NCBI GenBank assembly: GCA_035479795.1
Contig: DATIII010000004.1
Coordinates: 15,668 to 79,667 of the forward strand
Source: Candidatus Saccharimonadales bacterium
GTDB lineage: Bacteria > Patescibacteriota > Saccharimonadia > UBA4664 > SCTI01
Direction of reading: 5' to 3'
DNA length: 64,000 bases
Position numbers and translations under genes: made by a program. Of the stretch, positions 36,200 to 44,863 are shown piece by piece. The notes under the pieces were generated by a model. It did no database searches. It had not been told where the DNA came from and saw nothing but the letters and a program-made list of their open reading frames with translations. Numbering within the stretch: the stretch's first letter is position 1; each line of letters starts with the position of its first letter.

Positions 36200-36550
36200 T
36201 TACTTAGCGGTTTTGACTTGGTCGACGATGGCCTTGAAGGCGGCTGGTTCATTGACTGCCAGCTCGGCAAGCACTTTGCGGTCGACTTCAATGCCGGCCT
36301 TCTTCATTCCGCCCATGAATTTGGAGTAGCTTATGCCCTCAGCGACGACTGCCGCGTTGATGCGGGTGATCCAGAGCGAACGGAAGTCTCGCTTTTTGTT
36401 GCGCCGGTCGCGATAAGCATAGGACAGAGCTTTAAGGATGGCCTGCTTGGCCATGCGAACGCTGGCCCGGCGCATATGGCTCATACCTTTGGTTTGTTGG
36501 CGGATTTTCTTATGTCGCTTATGGGTGGTTACACCACGCTTAACACGCAT
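36200..36550 (-). CDS. rplT: 50S ribosomal protein L20
   Basis: MRVKRG...[24 protein letters not shown]. Confidence 0.97.
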   Translation of the reverse strand: MRVKRGVTTHKRHKKIRQQTKGMSHMRRASVRMAKQAILKALSYAYRDRRNKKRDFRSLWITRINAAVVAEGISYSKFMGGMKKAGIEVDRKVLAELAVNEPAAFKAIVDQVKTAK

Positions 36551-36750
36551 TACTTATAAGTCCCTAGCATCTTACGTACGTTCGCTGCATCTCCAGATGA
36601 AACCTCAAATTCCTGCACATAGGTGCGTTTGGTCTTGGTTTGCTTATGGCCGAGCAGGTGAGAACGATACGCCTTGCGGCGCAACATCTTTCCGCCAGCG
36701 CTTAGCTTGATGCGCTTGGCCATTCCTTTATGAGTTTTCATCTTAGGCAT
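36550..36750 (-). CDS. rpmI: 50S ribosomal protein L35
   Basis: [15 protein letters not shown]...RSHLL. Confidence 0.96.
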   Translation of the reverse strand: MPKMKTHKGMAKRIKLSAGGKMLRRKAYRSHLLGHKQTKTKRTYVQEFEVSSGDAANVRKMLGTYK

Positions 36751-37312
36751 TGGATTCTCTAACTTCTTCCTTCGCTTCTTCTACTTCGGCGGTCCGCTTG
36801 GACTCCTTGCTCTGGGCGACAACCAAGCTCATTTCTCGTCCGGAAAGCTGAGCAGCTTGCTCGATATGGGCCATTGGTCCGATATTTTCGACAAACTTAT
36901 GTAAAACTCCCTGGCCCAAATCGGGGTGGGTAATCTCACGTCCACGAAATCGCAGACTGACCTTTACCTTGGCTCCGTCTTCTAAAAATTCACGGGCCTT
37001 GCGGGCTTTCACATCGATATCGTGTTGCCCAATTTTAAGGCCCAGGCGGATTTGCTTAATCTCTTGGTTGCGCTGATTTTTACGGTTCTTCTGAAGCTGC
37101 TTGGTCTGCTCGTAGCGATACTTGCCCCAATCGAGAATTTTAACCACCGGCGGAGTAGCGTTTGGCGCTATTTCCACTAGATCGGATCCCGCGGCGTTAG
37201 CCCGCTCGAGAGCCTCGGCAATCGGCACAATCCCAGCTTGGCTACCATCAAAATCCACTAGGCGCACCTGAGGTGCAGTGATTTCTTGGTTCAAACGGGG
37301 TTGCCCGGCTAT
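36743..37312 (-). CDS. infC: Translation initiation factor IF-3 (probable ATA start)
   Basis: NQEITAPQVRLV, DLVEIAP...PPVVKILDWGKYRYE, FRGRE; SD aaggag 7 nt before in-frame ATA at 37312. Confidence 0.93.
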   Translation of the reverse strand: MAGQPRLNQEITAPQVRLVDFDGSQAGIVPIAEALERANAAGSDLVEIAPNATPPVVKILDWGKYRYEQTKQLQKNRKNQRNQEIKQIRLGLKIGQHDIDVKARKAREFLEDGAKVKVSLRFRGREITHPDLGQGVLHKFVENIGPMAHIEQAAQLSGREMSLVVAQSKESKRTAEVEEAKEEVRESNA

Positions 37313-37373
37313 TGCTGTACTCCTTAAAGCTTCGAAGAGAGTGTATCAGATGGGGCCAATCTGGTCAATAAGT

Positions 37374-37406
37374 CGGGATTCAGTATTTAGAATCCAGAAT
37401 GCAGGA
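37374..37406 (-). repeat. 7-bp tandem array upstream of the infC promoter
   Basis: Minus strand TCCTGCA TTCTGGA TTCTAAA TACTGAA TCCCGAC, then TTGACC...TACACT. Confidence 0.7.
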
Positions 37407-37411
37407 GAAAA

Positions 37412-38269
37412 CTAAAAATTGGATTGCTTTTCGGTGATGAATCGCACCCGGCGATCGGTTAACCGGATGGCAATCGGGGTACGGCCGGAGACTTTGCCAT
37501 CAATCATCATGCCGGTCTGGGGGTCGGTCTCAATTACAACTCGATCTGCCTTAAAACGAGTGGTACCTTCTTCCAGCTGGTTCTTCTTGAGCATGCCCCA
37601 GAGGTAGGTGGTTAGCTGTTTACGTCCCGGTTTTTCAAAGATGGTGACCACTAACTTGTTTTCAGCCAGCGGATTATCAAATTTTTGGTTGGAAACAGTC
37701 AGGCTAAATAGGGGGCTTTCTAGCTCGTAGCGGCCGTCGACCTTGATATGACACTTCAATGGCGCATATTCTCGGGCCTGGCCAAATGCGCTCACAAATT
37801 GGCCAACTCTGGCCTTCACTGTGCTGTCGGGTGCGGTCTCCATCTGTTTATCGATATCAGTTTCAAAGCCGAGTGTAAGGGTGGAGAGAAAGACTTTCTG
37901 GCCGGCAGCAATCAATCCGTAGCTGGCTAGTCGCCGAGCTGCTAGGACCTCACAAGCTTGCTGCCAGCTATTGATCCCCATGTGGTGGGCTAGCAGATTT
38001 GAAGTACCAATCGGTATGATACCAACGGCTACATTTTCTTTAGTAATACCATTTATAGCTTCGTTAACCGTACCGTCACCACCGACAACCACGATTGTGT
38101 TGTAGCCCTTCTCGATGGCAGCTTTGGTCATCTTGGTGGCATCACCCAGCCCTGTAGTCTTAGCAAATTCGCCATCAATGCCGAGTTCACGCAGCCGCTC
38201 ACGGAGTTTTTCCTGGAGCCGGTTGATGGCTCCCTTGCCAGCGGCAGGGTTTATTACGTAGTAATACAA
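37412..38269 (-). CDS. Diacylglycerol/lipid kinase family (YegS/BmrU-like)
   Basis: INPAAG, VGGDGTVNE, IIPIGTSN, IDG. Confidence 0.9.
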   Translation of the reverse strand: MYYYVINPAAGKGAINRLQEKLRERLRELGIDGEFAKTTGLGDATKMTKAAIEKGYNTIVVVGGDGTVNEAINGITKENVAVGIIPIGTSNLLAHHMGINSWQQACEVLAARRLASYGLIAAGQKVFLSTLTLGFETDIDKQMETAPDSTVKARVGQFVSAFGQAREYAPLKCHIKVDGRYELESPLFSLTVSNQKFDNPLAENKLVVTIFEKPGRKQLTTYLWGMLKKNQLEEGTTRFKADRVVIETDPQTGMMIDGKVSGRTPIAIRLTDRRVRFITEKQSNF

Positions 38270-38270
38270 G

Positions 38271-38660
38271 TCAACCCTCGACTTCGGTGCGGGCTTGGAC
38301 TTCGGTGGCCTCCGCGGCCTTCATCCGATTAGCCCCAATAAACACTGCGCCCAGTGAAATTTCCAGCGTCCCGGTGCTAATATCGCCATTAACCTGGGCG
38401 GTTTCCAATAGAGAAGTGTTGTCGGTTGCCTTGATGTTGCCTTCGAGTCGGCCGGTAACTGAAACATTCGTTCCAGTTACGTCGCCAGAAATGCGAGCAT
38501 TCATTCCAATAGTTACATTGCCCCCGCTCTTAATGTTTCCTACCAGCTGCCCATCGATGGCAATATCGCCGTCGCTGGCTACATTTCCTTTCAGTCGAAC
38601 ACTCGATCCAATAACCGTGTCCGCCGTGGCTACTCCTAATAAATCTTGCTTGCGGGCCAT
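38271..38660 (-). CDS. Bactofilin (polymer-forming cytoskeletal protein)
   Basis: TVIGSSVRLKGNV..DGDIAIDGQLVGNI beta-helix repeats. Confidence 0.92.
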   Translation of the reverse strand: MARKQDLLGVATADTVIGSSVRLKGNVASDGDIAIDGQLVGNIKSGGNVTIGMNARISGDVTGTNVSVTGRLEGNIKATDNTSLLETAQVNGDISTGTLEISLGAVFIGANRMKAAEATEVQARTEVEG

Positions 38661-38662
38661 AA

Positions 38663-39151
38663 TTACTCCTTGTTTATGCCTCTGGCTACTGCACCAGGAA
38701 CGCGTTTAGATGCCTGAGCCAGGGCCTGCTTCTCCTCGGTGGAAAGCGGATACTTACTTTTACCATAATCAATCGGCTTAACGTAGACCCGAGTGCCTTC
38801 GCGGCCATGGATGCTGGTTAAAACGTACCCAGAGTTGTGGGCATCAAGAGCCGCTAGCACGAAACTTTGATCACCGCCGGTATCCCCAAATGGGTTGAAA
38901 CGGACGATTGAAAACTTCTGCGAGGCCAAGCTCCCAGTATTGGCGAGATGTCTATAGGCATCATCCAGTCTAACTAGGTGGTGATCGACTGATTCAACCT
39001 TTTTAATATGACTGGCTAGCACCGATTCGAGAGAAGCTCCTTCAGTACTGGTCAAAGCAGCAGTAAAGCGTCGTCGAAGCCAAAGTACTTGGCCAAGACA
39101 GGCGAGGGCCACGACCAAACTAATGGACGCCATAATGATGGGTATGTTCAA
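38663..39151 (-). CDS. DUF4446 family protein
   Basis: IVRFNPFGDTGGDQSF...SIHGREGTRVYVKP...LSTEE; TTG start after SD. Confidence 0.85.
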   Translation of the reverse strand: MNIPIIMASISLVVALACLGQVLWLRRRFTAALTSTEGASLESVLASHIKKVESVDHHLVRLDDAYRHLANTGSLASQKFSIVRFNPFGDTGGDQSFVLAALDAHNSGYVLTSIHGREGTRVYVKPIDYGKSKYPLSTEEKQALAQASKRVPGAVARGINKE

Positions 39152-39233
39152 ACAGCACCTTCTATTAGCTTTATTTAGTATACTGACGGCCCCCGAAGGC
39201 ATCAACTTGTTCGTGACGTAGTATAATTTGGTT

Positions 39234-39524
39234 ATGGCCAAGCGGAAAAAAACTAAAAAGAAGGTGACTCACAAGAACCGACCAGTTAGCCAGAGTAATA
39301 CTGCTAGCTCCAAGGCTTTTAGCGATGTGGTAACTAATCCTGAGCCAGAAGTTGAGGTAAAAAAACCGATAACTGTGGCTAATTCGACAACAAACTATGT
39401 CATAAGTGACGTTGTAAGAATTGGGGCACTAGTAGTCTTCTTTGTCGTCCTCCAGCTTGGGCTATGGTTAGCATTTAATCATTCTGATCTGGGAAAGTCA
39501 GTTTACGGACTAATTAAAATCTAG
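39234..39524 (+). CDS. Hypothetical protein, Lys-rich N-terminus with C-terminal TM
   Basis: TATAAT 6 nt before ATG. Confidence 0.7.
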   Translation: MAKRKKTKKKVTHKNRPVSQSNTASSKAFSDVVTNPEPEVEVKKPITVANSTTNYVISDVVRIGALVVFFVVLQLGLWLAFNHSDLGKSVYGLIKI

Positions 39525-39527
39525 TTT

Positions 39528-40967
39528 TTATAGTTTTGGGCGGTACTGTAGGGCTTCGGCGATGTGATTCGGGACGATGGAGGGAGCTTTATCAAGAGCC
39601 GCGATTGTGCGCGCAATCTTTAATACTTTGACATGGGCGCGGGTTGAAAGTTGCAGCCGCCGAACAGCTTCTTTAAGTAGGGAATTGGCTTCTTCTTGGA
39701 CGGAGGCTTCGGGGTTTTGGAACAAGTATTCTTGGGCAATAGCCACCCGCTTGGCGACCCTTACTGTCGGTTCGGCTGGATCGCCGTCGAGTAGCTCGGG
39801 TGCAATTCGACTGACATTGACTCGCATATCAATGCGATCGAGGAGCGGGCCGGATACTCTCTGTCCATATCGGACGATTTGAGCTTGAGTGCAGGTACAG
39901 TCACGAGCGATATCGCCGGCAAAACCACAGGGGCAAGGGTTTTGGGTGGCGATCATCATGAACTTAGCCGGGTAGGTGACGGCTCCTGCGGCGCGAGCGA
40001 TGCTGACTTCGCCGTCTTCGAGCGGCTGACGCAGTGAATCGAGCACATGGCGCGGAAACTCAGGCAGCTCGTCGAGAAACAGGACACCATTGTGACTCAG
40101 GCTGACTTCGCCTGGTCGGGGATGACGGCCACCTCCGATTAAGGCGATACTCGAAGCGGTGTGATGCGGGCTGCGGAATGGTCGATGCCATATCGGTTGG
40201 GTGGTTAGTCCAGCTAGGCTGTGGAGCTGTGTAATTTCAAAAACTTGGTCTAAGGTTGGGGGTGGCAGAATCCCGGCTGTAGCCTTGGCCAGCATCGTTT
40301 TGCCGACTCCGGGCGGACCAGACAGCAAAATGTTGTGCCCGCCAGCCGCTGCAATCTCTAGGGCTCGCTTTGCCTCGGGCTGTCCAGCGATGGCGGCGAA
40401 ATCGGGGTAATTTGGTGGCGTTTCAGGCGCCTCAATTCGCCCACAGTACGGACTAATCGGTTCCTCTCCCGCTAGATGGCGATAAACCTGGCGTAGATTC
40501 TTAGCCGGCAAAATCGTCACCCCGTCCGCAATGGCGGCCTCAGGGGCATTTTCTTCTGGTAGAAAGATTTGCTTCAAGCCGTGCGATTTAGCCAGCTGAG
40601 TAAAAGTTAAAGTGCCACGGACTGGCCTCAGGCTGCCGTCCAGCGCTAGCTCGCCGACAAATAGGCTAGCAGTGACAACTTTAACCTGCTCGGTGGCGGC
40701 TAGGATGGCGACAGCAATGCTTAAATCGTAAGCCGTGCCGTCCTTTGGGAGGTCGGCCGGGGCTAAGTTTAAGGTGACTTTCTTGGGCGGCATGACTAGG
40801 CCGCTATTCTTCAGGGCACTACGTACGCGATCACGAGCCTCCTTGACAGCTTCATCGCCTAGGCCGACTACCACGAAGGAAGGGAGGCCATTGGAGATAT
40901 CGCATTCGACATTTATGAGGCGGCCATGAATACCCACGGCGGCAGGTGCATCAACTTTTGCCAACAT
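39528..40967 (-). CDS. comM: YifB/ComM Mg-chelatase-like AAA+ ATPase
   Basis: VKEARDRVRSA, NLAPADLPK, GPPGVGKT, PFRSPHH, PGEVSLSHNGVLFLDE, NPCPCG, SGPLLDRID. Confidence 0.95.
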   Translation of the reverse strand: MLAKVDAPAAVGIHGRLINVECDISNGLPSFVVVGLGDEAVKEARDRVRSALKNSGLVMPPKKVTLNLAPADLPKDGTAYDLSIAVAILAATEQVKVVTASLFVGELALDGSLRPVRGTLTFTQLAKSHGLKQIFLPEENAPEAAIADGVTILPAKNLRQVYRHLAGEEPISPYCGRIEAPETPPNYPDFAAIAGQPEAKRALEIAAAGGHNILLSGPPGVGKTMLAKATAGILPPPTLDQVFEITQLHSLAGLTTQPIWHRPFRSPHHTASSIALIGGGRHPRPGEVSLSHNGVLFLDELPEFPRHVLDSLRQPLEDGEVSIARAAGAVTYPAKFMMIATQNPCPCGFAGDIARDCTCTQAQIVRYGQRVSGPLLDRIDMRVNVSRIAPELLDGDPAEPTVRVAKRVAIAQEYLFQNPEASVQEEANSLLKEAVRRLQLSTRAHVKVLKIARTIAALDKAPSIVPNHIAEALQYRPKL

Positions 40968-41003
40968 ATCTGTAATTATTCCTTTCTGCACCCACTAAAA
41001 ATT

Positions 41004-41033
41004 AGTTTAGCGAACAAAAACCGAACAGTCAAG
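41004..41033 (-). promoter_or_regulatory. Sigma70 promoter with GTTC-N7-GTTC operator upstream of comM
   Basis: TTGACT-gttcggtttttgttcgc-TAAACT with 17-bp spacer; 16-mer identical to 11965-11980. Confidence 0.8.
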
Positions 41034-41089
41034 CATTATTGTTGTCAATGGTTATTTACAAAAATGCGAAGATTTGCTACCCTGGTTTG

Positions 41090-41878
41090 GTGAACGAGCA
41101 ATTAATAGCCCAAGTTGAAGAGCTAGGCCTGAGTAATAAAGAGGCTCGGGTATATGTTGCCAACCTGATGATTGGCCCGTCTGGTGTGCAGCAGATTGCC
41201 GATGCCAGCGGCATTAAGCGCGTTACCACCTATGTCATTTTGGAATCATTAGTCAGTCTCGGCCTGGTCAGCCAGACCAATCAGGGCAAGAAGACCTTAT
41301 TTAACGCTGAATCACCGGAAAACCTCCGACGCCTTCTTGAGAAGAAGGAGGAGTCGCTGAAGGAACAGAAGTCCCAGTTGGATGAGCTGTTGCCAGAGCT
41401 AAAGAATCTGAGATCTCTACCAAAGGAGGCCCCGACTGTGAAGTTTTACGATGGAGCCGATGCCATCATGAGCATATATCAAGAGCTTCCGGCAATTATC
41501 AAAAAGTACAACGTGAGAGAAAGTATGGGAATAAGTAATCTGGAAAAACTTTATAAATTCTTCCCAGAGATTGACTATGCGAAAGCAAACCCTAGACGAG
41601 TTGAAGCTAAGGTTCATAGTCGATTCATATACACTACACAGGAAGGGCCCGTCTTAAAGGACTCGGATAAAGAGAAGTTACGGGAGTCTAGATTTATTCC
41701 CTCTGCCAAGTTTCCATTTAGCAGCGACATCGGTGTTATTGGCAATTTCATTACCATTCTTTCGCTGGAGGGGGCTAGGCCGACAGGCGTAACTATTGAA
41801 AGTGAATCTATCGCCAAAGATTTTGGAGTTATTTTCGATCTGGCTTGGGAAGCTTCAAAAAAGTATAATCGTAATTAG
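41090..41878 (+). CDS. TrmB-family transcriptional regulator
   Basis: LGLSNKEARVY...IADASGIKRVTTYVILESL; PTVKFYDG; FDLAWE. Confidence 0.9.
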   Translation: MNEQLIAQVEELGLSNKEARVYVANLMIGPSGVQQIADASGIKRVTTYVILESLVSLGLVSQTNQGKKTLFNAESPENLRRLLEKKEESLKEQKSQLDELLPELKNLRSLPKEAPTVKFYDGADAIMSIYQELPAIIKKYNVRESMGISNLEKLYKFFPEIDYAKANPRRVEAKVHSRFIYTTQEGPVLKDSDKEKLRESRFIPSAKFPFSSDIGVIGNFITILSLEGARPTGVTIESESIAKDFGVIFDLAWEASKKYNRN

Positions 41879-41890
41879 TAATTTTCTCGA

Positions 41891-41919
41891 TTGACTTACG
41901 CATTTATGTAGGGTAATAT
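41891..41919 (+). promoter_or_regulatory. Sigma70 promoter of the unknown structured RNA
   Basis: TTGACT-17 bp-TAATAT. Confidence 0.75.
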
Positions 41920-41925
41920 TGTCCT

Positions 41926-42412
41926 GTTCTTCGGCGCCCGCAGGGACGTGCCGAGGACTGTACCGACAGCAACCAAGGAGAGTCATGTCATGGTCACGCA
42001 CTAGCGTGAAGACCCATGACGCTCCGTCGGAGCCGGCCTCGGGTTAGAGTCCGCTTCGGCGGGCGTCAAAAACTTCTTTCCGGCGGGCAACTTGACGCCC
42101 GCCCGTCCGGATCGAAGACAAGTACCAGGTCTGGCAGTCGACAGCCATTGACCTGAAAACATGGGATAGAGCCGAGGGCGTTGATCCGTCCAGCGGGGAT
42201 CGTCCTCGGCCTACTCCTGACAGACTTCAGTCCCAGCCGTTAAAACTTCGGACCATGGATGGTCCGCTCGTGGTGATCCGCCATCCCTGGATCACACGCA
42301 TGGCGCCGGGCCCGGGCACACAACTCAACCGCTTTCATCGGGCGGTGCGAGGTGCTCGGGCCGCGGCCCAACCCCAGTTTTCGAATCCCGAAAGCTGGGG
42401 ATTCTTTTTTTT
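41926..42412 (+). ncRNA. Candidate large structured ncRNA of unknown family (may carry a 20-aa sORF at 41985-42047)
   Basis: About nine consecutive stem-loops, own promoter and terminator, no ORF of 60 aa or more. Confidence 0.6.
42372..42412 (+). terminator. Intrinsic terminator
   Basis: ccccagttttcg-aatcc-cgaaagctgggg-attctttttttt. Confidence 0.85.
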
Positions 42413-42444
42413 AGGCTTTCGAATTAAGAATTAGGCTTTCAGCT

Positions 42445-43719
42445 TTAAGCTTTGGGCTTTCGTCCTGCCGCGGCGTAGCCTTTTAGAACATTCTCATATA
42501 AATGCTCGAGCTCGTGGGCTTGGTGATCTACCGAGTATTTTGCCGCCAGCTTGATACTGGCCTTGCCCATGGCTTTACGCTTGTCATTATCTTCTAAAAT
42601 CAGGCCAATCTTTTTAGCGAAGTCGCGAGCCGAATTACGAGCAATGTAGCCATTAACTCCATTCTTCACTATTTCGGTAATTTCTTTATCAATCATCACA
42701 ATCGGCAGGCCAGCCGAAGCCGCCTCGTGGATCACCAGACCCTGAGTATCAGTGCGAGAAGGGAAGGCAAATACGTCGGCGCTGGCGTAGGCGGCACCTA
42801 GGCGTTCATGGCTGACATAGCCGGTAAATATAACTCGGTCAGCAATGCCGAGCTCATGTGCCATGGCAGCTAGCTTGCCTTGATGCTCGTGTCGGCCGAC
42901 TAGCAGTACAACCAAATCGGAGTTGGTATGAGCTAGAATGGCGGCTGCCGACAAAAGTAGTTCAATATTCTTTTCACTGCCCAGGCGGCCTGCAAACATT
43001 ACTACTTGATGATGAGGTTTAATGCCAAAACGCTTCTTAAAACTGATGACTCCCTGGTGGGATGTTGTGATTTCATCTACACCAGTCGGCAAAATTCGGA
43101 TTGGTGCCTTAGTGCCCCAGGATTTGAGTTGGCGTTCAATTTTGCGCGATGGGGCAATGATGCGATCACATTGGTTGTGCAGCATAGTGACGCCGCGGAC
43201 GACCATTTTCTTATTCCATTTATCAATATTGCGCTCGGGTTTAATACTGGATATGGCCGATCGTAGGTCGCCAATGCCGCCGCGCGTAATAAAGGGTGCG
43301 AGGATGGATAGGGCAATGGTGCCCGGCAGTACCTGTGGGTAGTGTGAAACATATTCATAAAGATCGGTATGGTAGGTGGCCATGAGCGGTACATTGTTGC
43401 GCAGGGCAAAGTAGGCACCGAGCAGCCCGATCTGGCTCGGTGTATGGAAGTGAATTACATCCAGCTTCTTATTTTTAATCATCTGCAGGGCCTGAGGGGG
43501 GAAGAAGATACTGGTCAGATAGTCGTCGTAGAACAGTCCCTTGACGGCCGGGAAACGGATAATGTTTTTGGTGCGCTCCTTGTAACGGATGCTGGGAGCT
43601 GGTGCGAAGACAAACACCTCGTGTCCCATAGACTCTAGCGCCACTCGGAAAGATTCTATGGAATAGGAAATTCCGTCGAGAGACGGAAGGTAGGAATCGC
43701 TAAACAAGCCGATACGCAT
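42445..43719 (-). CDS. Glycosyltransferase family 4 (monoglucosyl-DAG synthase/LafA-like)
   Basis: MRIGLFSDSYLP..DG, HFHTP, TYHT.LYEY, GRLGSEKNI, SRTDTQGLVIHEA. Confidence 0.85.
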   Translation of the reverse strand: MRIGLFSDSYLPSLDGISYSIESFRVALESMGHEVFVFAPAPSIRYKERTKNIIRFPAVKGLFYDDYLTSIFFPPQALQMIKNKKLDVIHFHTPSQIGLLGAYFALRNNVPLMATYHTDLYEYVSHYPQVLPGTIALSILAPFITRGGIGDLRSAISSIKPERNIDKWNKKMVVRGVTMLHNQCDRIIAPSRKIERQLKSWGTKAPIRILPTGVDEITTSHQGVISFKKRFGIKPHHQVVMFAGRLGSEKNIELLLSAAAILAHTNSDLVVLLVGRHEHQGKLAAMAHELGIADRVIFTGYVSHERLGAAYASADVFAFPSRTDTQGLVIHEAASAGLPIVMIDKEITEIVKNGVNGYIARNSARDFAKKIGLILEDNDKRKAMGKASIKLAAKYSVDHQAHELEHLYENVLKGYAAAGRKPKA

Positions 43720-43723
43720 ACTC

Positions 43724-43829
43724 GAAGGATACAGGATTGAGGATACAGGATCCAGAATATGGAGATCGATAAGTCCTTAGCGAAGCCTAAAACGTGTGCT
43801 GTATCCCGAATCCCGAATCCTGTATTCTG
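43724..43829. repeat. Inverted pair of 7-bp arrays forming both divergent promoters
   Basis: AGGATAC AGGATTG AGGATAC AGGATCC ... GTATCCC GAATCCC GAATCCT GTATTCT. Confidence 0.85.
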
Positions 43830-43834
43830 TTGGT

Positions 43835-44848
43835 ATGCATAAGCGTTTGCGGGTGAATGTGGTTTCCGAATCGGCCTTTACGGTGCAAGGCCACGGCGTG
43901 CATACGGCTTTTGAAGAGACGGTGCGGATGCTGCAGTGGGCAAAGAATATGACTGTGGCCTCTAATTCCAACCTGCCAGCCGATATCGTGCACATCCATA
44001 CGGTTGGCGTCTACTCATTATGGAAGTTACTTTTCAGCCGAGGTCGCAAAGTTATATCGGCGCATGTTACGCCGGATTCGTTTGTGGGCAGCCTGGTGGG
44101 TGCTCGCACTTGGTACCCATTGGCTCGTTGGTACCTACGGTGGTTCTATAATCGGGCCGACGGAGTTTTGGCTGTCAGCCACGAAGTTCAAGATGAGCTG
44201 AAGGAGTTAGGCATTACCAAGCCGGTTTATCTAATGCCCAACACCATTGATGTTAGGCCATATAAATCGACTCCGGCTATCAAAAAGGCGGCGCGTAAGC
44301 ATTTGGGCATTGGCGAATCCGAGTTTGTAGTAATCTGTTGTGGCCAAGTCCAGCCCCGCAAGCGGGTTGATACATTTATTCAATGCGCTCGCGATCTGCC
44401 TGATGTTAAGTTCGTTTGGGTTGGCGGAGTGCCCTTTAAGCGAGTAGCTGCCGATTACGGCCATATGAAGCATCTAATGGCCGATCATCCGGTAAATGTT
44501 ACCTTCACCGGAGTGATTAGCCATGCCGACGTGGTGGCCTATTATCAGGCGGCTGATCTCTTCTTTTTACCGTCTGTCCAGGAAACCTTCGGTATCGTCG
44601 TTATCGAAGCAGTGGCGGCGGGGTTGCCGGTACTCTTGCGTGACATCGACCAGTACGAGAAGACCTTCAAGGGCTGGTATTTGAAGGGCGATGAACGTAG
44701 CTTCACCGGGATCATTCATCATTTACAGCATGATAAGAAAGCCTATGCCACGGCCGTGAAGCAGTCGGCACCCATAGCCGAAGAGTACAGCAGTGAACGT
44801 GGGCGCCAGCTGTTGCTTGATATCTACACCCAAGTTTTGCAGCGCTAA
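43835..44848 (+). CDS. Glycosyltransferase family 4 (CpoA/LafB-like)
   Basis: SESAFTVQGHGVHTAF, DIVHIHT, GQVQPRKRV, FVWVGG, PSVQETFG. Confidence 0.85.
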   Translation: MHKRLRVNVVSESAFTVQGHGVHTAFEETVRMLQWAKNMTVASNSNLPADIVHIHTVGVYSLWKLLFSRGRKVISAHVTPDSFVGSLVGARTWYPLARWYLRWFYNRADGVLAVSHEVQDELKELGITKPVYLMPNTIDVRPYKSTPAIKKAARKHLGIGESEFVVICCGQVQPRKRVDTFIQCARDLPDVKFVWVGGVPFKRVAADYGHMKHLMADHPVNVTFTGVISHADVVAYYQAADLFFLPSVQETFGIVVIEAVAAGLPVLLRDIDQYEKTFKGWYLKGDERSFTGIIHHLQHDKKAYATAVKQSAPIAEEYSSERGRQLLLDIYTQVLQR

Positions 44849-44863
44849 GCTATAATTAAGCTC

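Noticed and set aside
41926-42412. Group I/II intron, SRP RNA or retron ncRNA as the identity of the structured region
   Set aside because: I could not find group II domain V, group I core or SRP helix-8 signatures; no RT is adjacent and it interrupts no gene. Left as unknown.
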